In this document: piece after piece, positions 45,336-58,634 of the stretch
Layout: each line of letters starts with the position of its first letter
How positions within the stretch are numbered: the stretch's first letter is position 1
From: Hormiphora californensis
Taxonomy: Eukaryota > Animalia > Ctenophora
Direction: 5' to 3'
Assembly (NCBI GenBank): GCA_020137815.1
Contig: CM035354.1
Location: 682,001-746,000, forward strand
Length of the DNA: 64,000 nucleotides
Notes under the pieces: model-generated
Told to the model about the DNA's origin: nothing
The model's input: the letters and a program-made list of their open reading frames with translations, nothing else
Database searches by the model: none
Program-made: the position numbers and the translations under genes

Positions 45336-48300
45336 TATGTTGTATTATTGTGTGTAATTTATTTGAACTTGAACTTGAACTTGGGGGCGCGCGAAAAACT
45401 TTCCCACGCACCGTGGGAAAGTTTTTTCTCGATTGTTTCGATCATATCTCTGGCTCCTGATAAGATAAAGACCTGATCTTGGTTGCATTGAAAAGGTCTT
45501 AAAATTATCTTTCCGATACTTTTGGAATCAAGTCTTAAGATAAGAACATAAAAAGTTTAAGAGCCCCCCCCCATTCCCAAGAGCCACCACCTCCAAAAGA
45601 TACCACTTCAAGAGCGCCCAATCAAAAAAAGAGCCCCCCCACCCAAAAATCCCCCCGAGGGGGACACCAGCCAAAGAACCCACCAAAAACAACGCCGCGT
45701 GGTCTCTTTTGCCGTGGTTTTTCCCCCGGCTGGATCTTCTGGGTGGGGGGCTCTTGATGTGGTCGCTTTGAAATGGTGTCTTTGGAGGGGTGGGCCTTTG
45801 GTGTGGTCTTTTTGGGTTGGGTTAAGCTTCAGATTTGTGGTTCTCTTGTCGGGGTGTCTTTGGGGCTTTGAACCCCTTATTTTGGGGTTTCCTTATTGTT
45901 TAGAAATAATTTAGCAGCGCAAAAGGAATTAAAAAAAATAAATACAATTATAATTTTATATCCCGCTTTTGGGCCCATGCATTGTTGTGCGGGGGGACGC
46001 CGTTTAATCAGGGATTGAACAAAGCACCCACCACAACAAGCCCTTTTAAAGCGGTCTTATAGGATTTTAAAGATCCCAAAGGGGCCTTAAAAAAACCCTC
46101 GGCAGTCATTCGTATAATATTTAAAAATATGTAGAAAATAAAGGGGTTTAAAATATCAAATTAAAAAATGCGTAATTTTTAATTGATGATTAAGGGTTAG
46201 AAATTGGAAATTAAAATATTTTTGAAATTTAAAATTTAAATATTAGTAAATTAATATTAGAATTAACGTTGATTTAAAAAGTAAATTGCATAGTTTTTTA
46301 ATTTATTCAAAAAAAGGGTAGTGATCTAAAAAGGGGGAATACAAATAATTTGTTAATGGGAAAATAAATGTAACAGGGAAACCCTAAGGTAAAAATCAAA
46401 TCAAATTAATATCATTTCAAAAATTTTAAAAGAGTCAATTATTAATTAAAAAATTTAAAGACCCCACCCCCCTTACACTTTCTCATTAAAAAATTATGTA
46501 TGCTTTTAGGGGTGAAAAGGGAACGGTTCAGCAGTTCCAAAGCGGGGCTTATAAACTAAATAACAGTGTAATAAGAAAATATTTTCCAATTGGAAAAATT
46601 TGTTTTTAAATAGTCTTTCCCTCGGGTCTTCTAAAAAGGAAGGGTTTTTTTTCATGTGTTTTTTTAAAAAGTTTTTCGCCTCTAAATTGAAACGGGGTTT
46701 TAAAACAGTGACAGGTAAAAAGTGAAAAAAAGTTCCGAGTTTGAGGGGTCGTGATTTTTTTCCGCAGAGCCAAAAATGGGTGCCGCCTTTTAAAAGAAAC
46801 CCCCCCCCCAAAATTGGCCCAGGGCCCTTCTGTTTTTCTCCGCCCCATACGTTTTTTTGAGTTGATTTTGGTTTTTTCGTTCAAACCCCCCGGGAAAAAC
46901 CATCCCCCAAAAAAAAAAAATCATTTCCACGGCGGTTTGTTGTTTCTGGTTATACCGAAAATAAAAGGTTTTTTCTCCCCGTCGGGCGATGGGGTGGAAG
47001 CAGGATCTAGAAGATTTCTCACCCCCGGAGGACTGCGGCCCCGTTTTGAGCCAGTCAGAGAGAGGCTTTTTTACCTTCTGCATAATTTTTACGGAACTCG
47101 TTTTTTCCTTTTGGGCGTTTTAAAACGGTTTGTGTAGCTAATCACATGGAACGGTGGCGGTCAAGTTCTTTCCCCACTTTCGTCTCCTCCCGATTCCCGT
47201 ACTAATAAACTCATCAAGGCGTGCATTGAAATTTTTAAAAAGTTCAAGGGCAAAAACGTTTTTCATGTGGGGCGCAATTATTCCTCTTTAAAAGTTTTTG
47301 AGAGAAGTCTAAAAAAAGGTGTTTAATCTTTTATAAACGTACCCCAAACCTACAGGGTCATTTTTTTCTCAGGAAATGTTTGAAAAATTTTTTAGCTATT
47401 GTTACCATAGGGTTCAAAATTCATCTCTTCCAGGGGTTCCCGCTTTCCAATTCATGTCCCGAAACATATCTTACTATTTTATCAATCGTTATTGTAGGGT
47501 TATCGCCCTCGTTGGTTCGTTCCCCACTCCCTAGGGGCTCACCTCAAATTAATTTTTTTTAAAGTAGTGTTAAAAACACAAACCATATAATTGCTATAAA
47601 AGGTTATGATCTAATAATGGCCTATGGAAAATTTAAAGAAGTGGTAAAAATTAAAGATACGGGGGTTAAAAAAATAAAAAAGCAAGACCGAGGTCAGTCA
47701 ATGGTTAAAATACAAAGGAATAAATTAATTTAAATGGGTTTGGGGGGCGCCCCCGTTCACATTATAAAATCGGACTTTATGCCTTTTTACAAAGTAAAAA
47801 GGATCCCGGGGGAATGCCTTCGGCATTCACCCGGGCCGGGAAAGAATTGGCAAACCGCAAACGATGAAAAATGTTTTTTTATTTTTTTTGAAAAAAGTCT
47901 CAAATTTTGTGCATGTGACTTTTTGAAATTTTTCGAAAATTTGGCCGGCAAGGAACAAAATAAAAGCAGGTTTACAAAATTTAAAAACGCGCCTATATTT
48001 GTTCGCCGCCCGTACGTTTTCTGTAATTTTACTTATCAAAAAGCCCGGCCTGATATGACTTTTTTGTTTCTTTCTTTTTAAACTTTTTTAACTTAAATTT
48101 TCCCCCTCCTTGGATCATCGAGGGGTTGTTTTTTTTTTTATCGAAATGAACGATGATGAGGATCTCTACTGCAACCCCCAACAAAACATGTTTCTGCAGA
48201 AAAAAATGGGCGAAAAAAACACAACCCCCCCCCCTTAAGGTGTGGCAAACGGCCCTAACACCCCCGAAAAAAACCTGCAACAAAGCCAATTTAAAAGGGA

Positions 48301-49695
48301 AAAAATCCAACCCCAAAAAGAGAGAATCAACCTTCAAAGGGGTGTTGGAACCACAAAATGAGAAGGTTACACGCCCAAAAAAAAGGAACCCCCCCCCTGT
48401 GCACCCGCCTTCCCCAAGATTCAGATTCAAATATCACCGACTTCAGAGCCATGCTTCGGCCTGTTCCCCCTCGCCCCTTAAAACTGAAAGGGGGGAAAAA
48501 GGTACTGGCTAAAAAAGTCCAAACCACAGTCCCGCACAACCCCCGCCCCCTCGGCCTCCATCAATGGGAAATAGATCAGAAGTATGTCACGAACAGAAAC
48601 CTCCAGCACCAGCCCCTTCAGTTTTCTCACCCCCAGTACCCAAACGGACCTCTGTGCTCTCAAATTCTTCTAGCCGGCTCCCCAAGCATTTCTCCCTCCC
48701 AAGACCCATTGCAGCACCGGGAAGAATCACCACCATGCGTAGGGTTGCCTACTAGACCAATTCCACCTAGGAGACCTTTAAAACCTCTCAGAGCCAAGGC
48801 CAAGGATTCCAGTAGATACATTCCCCCGAGAGGAGGGTGGGCAGGATAACTCAGAATTAGCTGAGGATGATGAAATGTATTTGGAGAATGATTAGTCATC
48901 GGGAAACCCAAACCAGTAGGTTGAGGGTGGGTGACATCTTGCTATTGGATTCTTCTAACTACTTGGTCATTAAATGTTATCATGTTTCTAGGGCGCAGGT
49001 TGTCCGTTTCTTTTCAGTGATTTACTACAGCTCCAGAAGCACTAAGTGTTTCTGGAGCTGTACAAGTCTTGTAGATATTTGTCTGTATACACATTCGTTG
49101 GTATTCGATCCTTCAGCTCTCTCTAATCAGAAGAGAGAAAGAAGGGTCCGACGTACTACCATGAAACTTGCGCTCCACTAAATTCTCCCCTGATTTTCAG
49201 ATGAAGAGGAGTATAAGATGAGAAGACACATTTAGTCGCACCACACGGAACCTCGCGTACCTCAAGGAAATCCTAAACTCAACGTGTGGAAGCAAGAAAA
49301 TTGCACATGGTATGTCTTAGGTATGACTGTAGTAGACCAGTTTCAACCGCGCCTGACCGAGGACCAAAGTTTTTAAGTTCCCCATTTCCACAGGGGTCGT
49401 CTTGAACTGCATTGTTCGATGATATGTATTGCGTCCAGGAAGAGGACTTCTGAATTACCCAGTTAGCTCAAGAGTGATCTCCAACCTTCCTCCCCCTCCT
49501 CCCCAGACATCCCAACCTCCCCCCTTCCCTCCCCCGAGTGGTGACGATGATCTTGGCGAGTTTGAGGATATCTATGAGGACCCTCCAGAGTTTGAAAGCA
49601 GCGCCCAACCACCTTCATTCCAAACAACCCTCAACCCATTCAATCTGCACCCCCCCGCACAACCCCCATCTCTTCTCTCACTCTCTCTCCTCTCC

Positions 49696-49729
<34 letters not shown>

Positions 49730-50229
49730 ACTTTTCTCTCCCCCATCCCAAACTCTCACGGTTTTCCACGAAAAGGAAAAAAAGAGAAAGGGGAAAAAAG
49801 TCAGAAAAGGGGCAAAAAAGGGGGGGGGAAAACCAAAAAGGAGGGTAAAGAGAAGGGAGAGGAGGAGAGGGGGAGGAGAAAAGAGAGGGAGGAGAGGAGG
49901 GAGAGAGAAAGGAGGGAGGGAAAAGGGGAGAGAGGGAGAGAAAAGGAAGAGAGAGAGAGGGAGAGAGAGAGAGAGAGAGAGAAGAGAGGGAGAGTGAGCG
50001 AGAAAATGAGAGGGAGAGTGAGCGAGAAAAAGATAGGTAGATAGAGAGAGATAGAGAGAGAAAGAAAGTTAGTTAACGAGAGGTGAAGCCATGCAGGTAT
50101 GTTTTACCAATATATAACAGAAGGGGATGGAAAATTCTAAATCAGATTACACACAAGTACAATCGTTCTTGTATTGTGTGCAGTAGCGAGTATGATAATA
50201 TGGAATAGAGGTTATGCCACTCTGAAATC

Positions 50230-50515
50230 AAGCTGCCACGGGCCAAAACGAAGCTGTCACGGGCCAAAACGAAGCTGCCACGGGCCAAAACGAAGCTACC
50301 ACGGGCCAAAACGAAGCTGCCACGGGCCAAAACGAAGCGCCAGGGGGCCAAAACAAAAGGCCGGCCAAAACGAATCCCAGGGCCAAAAACGAAGCTGAAG
50401 GGGCCAAAACAAGTGGCCCGGGCCAAAAGGAAGCTGCCACGGGCCAAAAGGAAGCTGCCACGGGCCAAAACGAAGCGTGGGGGCCAAAAACAAGCGCCAC
50501 GGGCCAAAACGAAGG
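50230..50515. repeat. 21-bp minisatellite (aagctgccacgggccaaaacg) x~14
   Basis: Direct tandem units with no unique spacers. Confidence 0.93.
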
Positions 50516-50701
50516 CCCAGCCCCAAATAATTTCCCCAGGCGAAAAAAATTTAGTGCGGATAATATGGGGCCTTGGCATTGTGATTATGCAGCCCCCATA
50601 AAACAAAACCCGCGGGCTTTGGGCCGACCCTTTTCCCGGAGCGGGGGAAAAAACTGTGGTAGGCCTTGGCCTAAAAAAACAACCGAGATCACCCCACTCA
50701 C

Positions 50702-50870
50702 CTCTTGATACTCCAGTTGCACGGTCCTTCAATATCACAATTTCATAGATGTCTCCATACTTCTCAAAGATTGGTTTAATTTGATTTCTTCAACGTTTAG
50801 GTTCGCCCGATGAAAGTTTGAGGGCTTGGTTTCCCTTTGTGCGGAATCTTTTTCTGGTTAAGTGGTGCCC
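50702..50870 (-). CDS. CELF/Bruno-like RRM1 exon (N-terminal half)
   Basis: Reverse complement reads ALKL.IG....IKPIFEKYGDIYEIVILKDRATGVSRG followed by a GTGAGT donor, similar to CELF [37 protein letters not shown]. Confidence 0.75.
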
Positions 50871-51780
50871 GGGCGAAATTAGAGCGTGTTAGAGTAGCAT
50901 GGATGTATAAAGGAGTGACCATCAGTGAAATGAATGATAGAAGATTCTTTTACTAGAAGAGCGATAGAAAAATGATAGAAAAATGATAGAAGAATTAAAT
51001 AAGAGTGGTAGAAGAGAGATAGAAGAGTGATGAAAGAACGATAGGTAAGTGATATAAAAAAGATAGAAGAACGATAGAAACCTGGATGTTTGAGCACTCT
51101 TGGGGCGAGCTGATTGCCATATCTCGGAACAGGGATGCAATTTTGGTATCGGTTTGATGAATCGTCAAATAAAGCTGATCAATGATAGTGTTTTACTGCT
51201 GCAGATGATAAATCGTCGTTCTGTCTATATTAAATTCTATAATTGCATACCCCTAAAGTGTTATTCAATTATTAAAATATTCAATGAAGAGATAAACTAA
51301 ACACGATAATAACACTAAACACACAACTAAATTACAGATTAAGTCACATCTTGTGCTGTATGAACAATACAAGTCACATCATGAATTATAAAAACTGTCA
51401 TAAAAGTTATAGAGAACTACGAAGAGATCATATCCCTATGATATCGCGATACTTAGGTTAATAATTACTTTTCACTGTTATAGCAGCTTGAAACAGCGAC
51501 TGAACTCAGAGAACAAGAGCGAGAGAGAAAGAGAGAGAGAAAGCAAGAGAGAAATGAAGAGAAAGATCAGAGAGAGCATATTTTTCAGTTAAAACTGACA
51601 TCTCCCAACTGCGAGATATGAGAGAGAGGCAAGGTTCTCAAGTTGTCACTTGTTATCAAGCAAGGGCAACTACAATGGGTTATTTGTCCTCTGCAACTGC
51701 ATCAGTAGGGCTCAACAAGGAACCTTGAGTGCACTGGATCTCTGTTATTATTGCACGCTGAAAGAGAGAGAGAGAGGGGG

Positions 51781-51864
<84 letters not shown>

Positions 51865-52164
51865 GCACGGATTTGAGACGTGCAACCAATGTGAAAAAGA
51901 GAGAAATGATGGAGGGATGCGCATCCGTTTTGCACTAGAGAAACATCCAAAATAAACAATGTAGTTTCCGGTACCACCCGATGAGTTGGCTAACCAGCTT
52001 CCGAGAGGGTCGCGACAGGTGCTTCATGTGCAGTTATCTTCCAGCAAGAAGATCTTCTGTAAACAAGGAAACACCCCCATCCCAAAAACTTGAAAGCTGC
52101 AAGCGCCCTTTAGGTTGACCGCTGCAAAGATTTCTCAAATACCCTGCACCCATTTATTTCCCTG

Positions 52165-52700
52165 CCCGGGTGAATGCCGAAGGCATTCACCCGGATGCCT
52201 TTTTACTTTGTAAAAAGGCATAGCAGGGTTAGAATTCGAAAACGACATTTTGGTATACTAACTAATCGGTAGAGGGACCATTTTGGTCACACTTTCGTTG
52301 CGACGGGCAACCTCGCGGCGCGCGCGATCTGACACTTGCGGAGTAACATGCGCGCGCACAAACAATTGAAATTTTATGAGGGGCGCGCGGCTATAAACTG
52401 TAACGCGCGGCAAAATTTGTTTTATATCGGCCGCACGTTTTGATTCGTGAAAATTATGGAGAAATTGAAAAATCTGTTCTGCGTTTTGTTCAAAAATTCG
52501 AAAAATCCCCATTTTGCGGACAGCTTACTCGTTGGGCGAGTTGAATGGCAAATCGAAGAGGGCAGGGAAACGTAGCATTATGGATACATAATGCAAATAA
52601 TTCTTGTTGAAACTTCCAAAGCATAATGTCAAATTTTTTGCACGTGATAATCGAGATCGCCGCGTGACCTCTCTGAATGTGCGGTGCTAAGTTTTTCATT
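52165..52700. mobile_element. Dispersed repeat with two adjacent terminal hairpins (Helitron/Helentron-like)
   Basis: CCGGGTGAATGCCGAAGGCATTCACCCGG and ATGCCTTTTTACTTTGTAAAAAGGCAT. Related copies at 47750-47835 and 42890-43130. Confidence 0.5.
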
Positions 52701-54445
52701 TCAGAGAATCACTTCATTTCAACTAAAACTACCGAGTCTAGTTTTTCACAACCGTCAACTGAAGATAACATGGTCAGGGATTGCGACCCTATTTTACCGC
52801 CTCCCGCACGGCGAAACACTTTACTAATGTAAAGGAGGGTTAAAACACAACAAGTCGGAGATCAGTCCAGCTGGATCCAGAGTACTTATTTTACCTTCAA
52901 AGGAACATCCGAACATATTTACAATAAACGAATCATTAGCTGTCCGCAGCCAGCTGTATAATACGATACCCAGGTTTACGGGAATGCTTTTGTCCCGTAC
53001 CAACTTGTCCCACAACGGTGGATGCTGCAGCAGCTGTAAATGGCATCCCTTACCAGTTGGGGGATATATCATGCACACACTTTTTGGCAGTAGATCTCGT
53101 CTCGCGTGGTGCAGTTATTATCATCTTCCAGCTGGGACGTTTCTGGGGGATCGCCCGGAGGTGCAAAGGGGGCTGATAACTAAAAAGCTTTATTTTTTAA
53201 ATAAATTCGACTGATCATTCCATGAACAGTGAACACATAAGCACACTCAACAGTCAACACTGGCCTAGTAGGCGGGAACGGGGCGACCGGCGATCAGGAA
53301 TAATCTACACTTGAACACAGCAAGAATTACATTGATCTAATTAATTATATTCTTGATTATTTTGTTCACAGTGTTCCATCGCTTTGTCCCAAGTACAGAG
53401 AATATGTTTTCGAATAGGCTGGCAGACACCGACCGCGGTCATAATTTATAGTAGAATCGAGGTTCGAGTAACTCGCTTCCAACCCATTCAATGTTTAGAT
53501 GGGCGAACTGAGCTGGAAGCTTATTAATGAACATATGTCTAGCATTATAAGGCCTCATTTTGCTTCTTTATAGGTGTCCGAGCTAATAAAAGGTCAGAAT
53601 TTCGACTCAAAATAGCTCAAAAGGGTAGTTTTCGGGGGACTGAGCGGTGACCATGAAAACCTCGAAGCCCCAAGTAAGGAAATTACTTATCGAGACTTTC
53701 TAAAAGGCATTTTAACGTTGAAACCTCGCATTAAACGTTCACTGAAAAGTTCGACAAAACAAACCCGTCCTGAAAATCACAGAATTTTGCAGATGCGATG
53801 ACAAATAATTAATTCAAATTTTCGCAAGCGCCGCTTTACATGTAACGCGCGATATTTTCCTTTTTTTAGTCCTTTGCGGCGAAGGGACGCGCGCGTTCAG
53901 ATTCGAAATTGAAAGTTTGAAAAAAAAATGTCTTTTTTGTCGTTTGAAAAGCGCTGCCTTATCCCGCGCTGCCAGCAACGTTTGCCAATTTTGTCGTTGA
54001 AAGTTCGCGTTTTTTTCGCAAATTTGTTCAGTATGCGCTGTCATGCCACCTACAGGGCCCATTGGCCATTGACCATTCTTATGCATTGTAGGCCAAAGAC
54101 AGGCCTGATCCTAAGGCGTAAGGGAGTGAACCCCAAGTAGTTCTGGCGGGGAGAAAAATAAGAGATCACTGAAAATTCCGAAACGGAGAGGATAATTTGT
54201 GCTTCGAACGATGGCTGAAAAGTCAAAAGTTAAATCCATTATCCAGCCTGAGTTTATTAGGAATATTTATATTTAACAATTGTTAATTTTAATACGCCCT
54301 ACAGAATTGACGCACTCTTCCAAGTTTACAATTCAATTGGCCTGCCATTGTAATTCATACAAAGTTTGAAATTGTCTTTCTCCTAGCAAAGTGAAACAAT
54401 GTAATTTAATTTCAATTTCATCTAAATATTCTTTTCATCCCAACT

Positions 54446-54756
54446 TCATCCAATTTCACCCGATTTCACTCCGCCCTCTTCCTCCGGTTCCATGTCCATT
54501 GTCCCATAGTTTGGTGCGGTCTCAACGGGGGCAAAGTTAACCCTTGCATCTAGCAGTAGTGTCCCCCTTGTCTCACTCTTCAACCCCAGGGTTGTCAGAG
54601 AGGCGACTGCCATAACCGCACAATAAGTGTAGATGGTGAGTTTCAGGCTAATTGTATCGAGATAGAGGGTAGCAAAAACTCCAACTGCTGCACCCAGTTT
54701 GCTGAAACAATTAAAAGTGTAAGCGTTGCCATAAAAGGGCACAATATTAACTTGAC

Positions 54757-54796
<40 letters not shown>

Positions 54797-57700
54797 GATT
54801 TACCTAATGCCATTTAGAATTCCCACTGCAGTAGTTCTAATGTAGGTCGGATAATACTCCGGAGCGTAAATCCACAGTGCAGCGTTGAAGATACAATAAA
54901 GAGTCAACATGATAAATAGCTCCAGATATATCACAATGCTGCTAATACAGTAGAGAAGTAATAGTGTTATCACCAAACCTCCGATAGTGCTGTAATAGAA
55001 GGTAGGCAGCCGACCTATCAGGTCTGCTGACCATGGTCCTATTATGTAACCAGGAATGGATGCTAACGTCACCACCATGAAGAATAGGTACTCTGCCTGT
55101 GGGAGGGAAGTGGATTAGGGATATGCCTGGGGGAGGGAAGTGGGTTAGGGATATGCCCGGAGGGAAGTGAGTTAGGGATATGTAGTTAGTGATGTATAAT
55201 GGGGGAGGCGTGAGGGAAGTGGGTTAGAGATATATGAGGTATCAGAAGGCAGGAGTGCTTCACTGCTTCACTATTTAACTGAACCGGAAAAGCTTAGAAC
55301 ACTTAGCTCTACATAATGGGGTAAGCTGTACTGTTGAGATAACGCCAACATATAACGGGTGACAACTAAAAATCTGGACAATTTTCTGTGAGCTCTAGCG
55401 CCGTCTCTGTTTGAGATACAGCTTCAGGACAGTGATAGAACGATTTTTCAGACAATTTTGAATCAGAATAACACAACGGGATAGACTGAAAAGTTCATTT
55501 TCATTGCGATATCGCATCATTTCCTCTTGCCCCACCAAAGCATGTATTACGTGAAAATTATACACTTTTCTAGCACGTCTAGCGCCTGTTCTTTTTGAGA
55601 TACAGCTTCGGGGCAGCAATAGAATGATTTTCCAGACAATTTTGAACGAAATTAACTTTGTTTCACACTCCGTTAATCTCAATTCTGATCACAGAATCAT
55701 CTGTAACAAACCTTTCAAATCGTAGTTTACAGGTAATTTGAGAAATCGCCATTTTGACGATCTCTCGAAACATTTATGACGTGGAAAACCAACTTCCTGA
55801 TGAGCTAAAATGTTGAAACTTGGCAGTTATGTTGGTTATGGCATGAACTACCAGACTTCCAATTTTGAGAATTCTATTTCATCGGGAAGGTTGTTTCTGA
55901 TCACATAGAAATCTCAAATCTCCGTACTACATGCTTTGGTGGGTCAAGAGGAAATGATGCGATATGGCAATGAAAGTGAACTTTTTAGTCTTTCCCGTTA
56001 TGTTATTCTGATTCAAAATTGTCTGAAAAATCGTTCTATCACTGTCCTGAAGCTGTATCTCAAACAGAGACGGCGCTAGAGCTCACAGAAAATTGTCCAG
56101 ATTTTTAGTTGTCACCCGTTATAATAATTACCCTCCTCCCTCTACACACTCACTGTGTCCCAACTCAGTTTTTCTTTGTCTCCCTATAACCCTTCCAGCT
56201 TAAATTTACCTTGGTATAGTTGATACACCCCTCCCTTCAGTAGTTACCTTGGTATAGTTGATACACCCCTCCCTTCCAGCTTGAATTTACCTTGGTATAG
56301 TTGATACATCCCTCCCTAGTTACCTTGGTATAGTTGATACACCCCTCCCTTCCAGCTTGAATTTACCTTGGTATAGTTGATACATCCCTCCCTAGTTACC
56401 TTGGTATAGTTGATACACCCCTCCCTAGTTACCTTGGTATAGTTGATACACCCCTCTACTGAATCGGTTACATAGATGACATCGAACCACTCCGACATAT
56501 AGCAGTACCCGTAGGACATCATATCAGGGATGAGGAATATAGCTCCATAAGATGTGTACATGTTACAAAGGAACAAGATCTGTATCACAAAGGACGTCCT
56601 AGCAGGGAGGTTAGTTTGAGAAGGGATATATCCAAAGATTTTTTGTGGGAGGCAGGAACGCCGAACGGGGTAGGGATTTTTTATTTGAGAGATAGATACA
56701 GTACGGATTGTGGGACTAGGCCAGAGAAATTTCAAGAAAAAAAAACGAATAAAAAGGAGGAATATGATTGAAGGATGCCTATGACCCGTATAATTCAGCA
56801 ACCCAGGTGTGTTACCTCAAGCCCCCCCCCCTCGTTACCTCGTGTAGGGTTGTTTGAAGACTGCAGAGTACTCCCCGCATGTTACTTGACCTGCCACCAG
56901 TCTCCCCTCAGATAACTCACTCTTATTCTGTTGGGCCATCTTCTCCAGAACCTCCCTAGCCTTATCTTCCTCTCCTAAACGGGTTACCATGTTACTATGA
57001 CAACCATGTTACTATGACGACAATCTCACAGTGAGATAATGAGGCAGAGAGCATTTTTTTTCGTGTTTCATCGTGCTGGTCTAAACATACCGTTCAATAC
57101 AAGGTAGCGGGGTGACTCATCACTTACCATTGAGTACAAGGTAGCGGGGTGACTCATCGCAAAAGTGAAGCAGGATCAATGTTAGATAACAGGGAATGAC
57201 CGTTGCAAAGATAACATATCTCCATCCCTCGTGTCTGTCCATAAGAAAGAAGGCCAGGGCACATTCGTACAGCCCTCCCGCGATCCACATTATGTTGAGA
57301 AGGAGGTTCGTTAGGGCTCGCTTTTCTTTCGGGACCATCTCTTGGGCATACACAACTGAAACTCCGTAACTTGCACCAATGCCCCCACCTGGAGATTGAA
57401 ACGATTGGTAATGGGAACGGGAATAAAAAGGAACTATTGAAGGTGAAACTAACAAAAAAGGTGTGTACAATCTCACCTGTGAATGATCGGCAAATGATAA
57501 AGAATACGTATGATTTAGCAAATCCAGAGAGTGTCCCCGATATACAGATAACATAGTACGCGGCAAGAAGCAAGGGCCACCTCCCCAATTTGTCTGCCAC
57601 TTTCCCTGCTACAATGCTACCCACGGCATACCAGAAGAATACACAAGCGGGAATGAGAGCCATCTCGAGAGTGGACAGATCCCACTCACAGACCAACATT

Positions 57701-58053
57701 TCTGGAAATGTGTGAATTAATTGAATCAAGTTATTAATTGAATCTAGTTATTTAATTAGTTAATTGATTAGTTAACTGGTTCAGCTATACTTACTGATTA
57801 TAATGGATGAAAGCCAGATTTCACTTGAATCAGCGAAAGACATGAGTCCCATGACAAAGATTACTTTGTACTGATAAGGACCGAACCCTATCTCTTGTAT
57901 ACACTCGCTCACTTCTATTTCATTACCACCATAAGATGGTGGTGGTGGTGGTGGGGGTGGTGATGAGGTGCTGCCCCCTACCACAATCTCTTCCTCCTCT
58001 CCGGCAGGGGAGGTTTTGACCTTGGCACGCTTCCAAAACTTCCACTTCACCAT
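54446..58053 (-). CDS. SV2/SVOP-like major facilitator superfamily transporter, ~7 exons
   Basis: IGFGPYQY..ADSSEI, GKVADKLGRWP, GWRY..ESPRYL, ADLIGRLP, YAPEYYPTYIRTTAVG and ETRG motifs, with GT-AG boundaries. Confidence 0.9.
55353..56121. mobile_element. Tc1/mariner-type MITE with ~200-bp TIRs in a transporter intron
   Basis: TATAACGGGTGACAACTAAAAATCTGGAC.. / ..GTCCAGATTTTTAGTTGTCACCCGTTATA. Near-identical arms flanked by TA. Confidence 0.92.
56195..56460 (-). repeat. Tandem repeat of an exon end plus splice donor (GAGGGGTGTATCAACTATACCAAG|GTAA) x7
   Basis: Seven copies of ttaccttggtatagttgatac on the + strand. Confidence 0.9.
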
Positions 58054-58634
58054 GACTTGTTTTGTTCAAACCCGGGGGTCGAGCAAGCTGCAATCACCGA
58101 CTAATTACTATCTACTACTGGCTGATCACTGTATGATAGTATTGATATCTAAATATATGTGTGTGGATGATTCTGGATCTATATCTAGATCTGTGTGGGA
58201 CGATATTGTATCCAATGAAGAGGAGACTGAAGGGCTGGATCCAGTATATCAAAGTATATCAGATGTTTCAGAGATACCTAGAAGCAAACAAAACTAAAAA
58301 TATGTGTAGAGTGTGGGTGTGGAATTCAATTGGCTTACACAATACTTACGCTGCTTCACCCGGTGTTATCCAAAATGATGTATTTTGCAGCAATATTGTA
58401 CTCAATATTGTCCCATCTTAAAAACGGTCGTGCTGGCCCCTTTCTTATCAATAAATCTGTCCCCTCGCCTTAGGAATGGGGTATAATACCCTCAACCCCT
58501 TTCTCTCTAGCCAGTTCACTCCCTTTCCATCTTTCTAACCAAGTCACCTCACTCCCTCTTTCTAGCCAATTCACCTCGCTTCCTCTTTTTAACCTAGTCA
58601 CCTCTCTTTCTAACCAAGTCATCTCGCTTTAGGC

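Noticed and set aside
48400-49700. Possible non-LTR retroelement C-terminal remnant on the + strand
   Set aside because: Coding-like composition and a weak Cys/His hint near 49280, but no diagnostic motif could be read.
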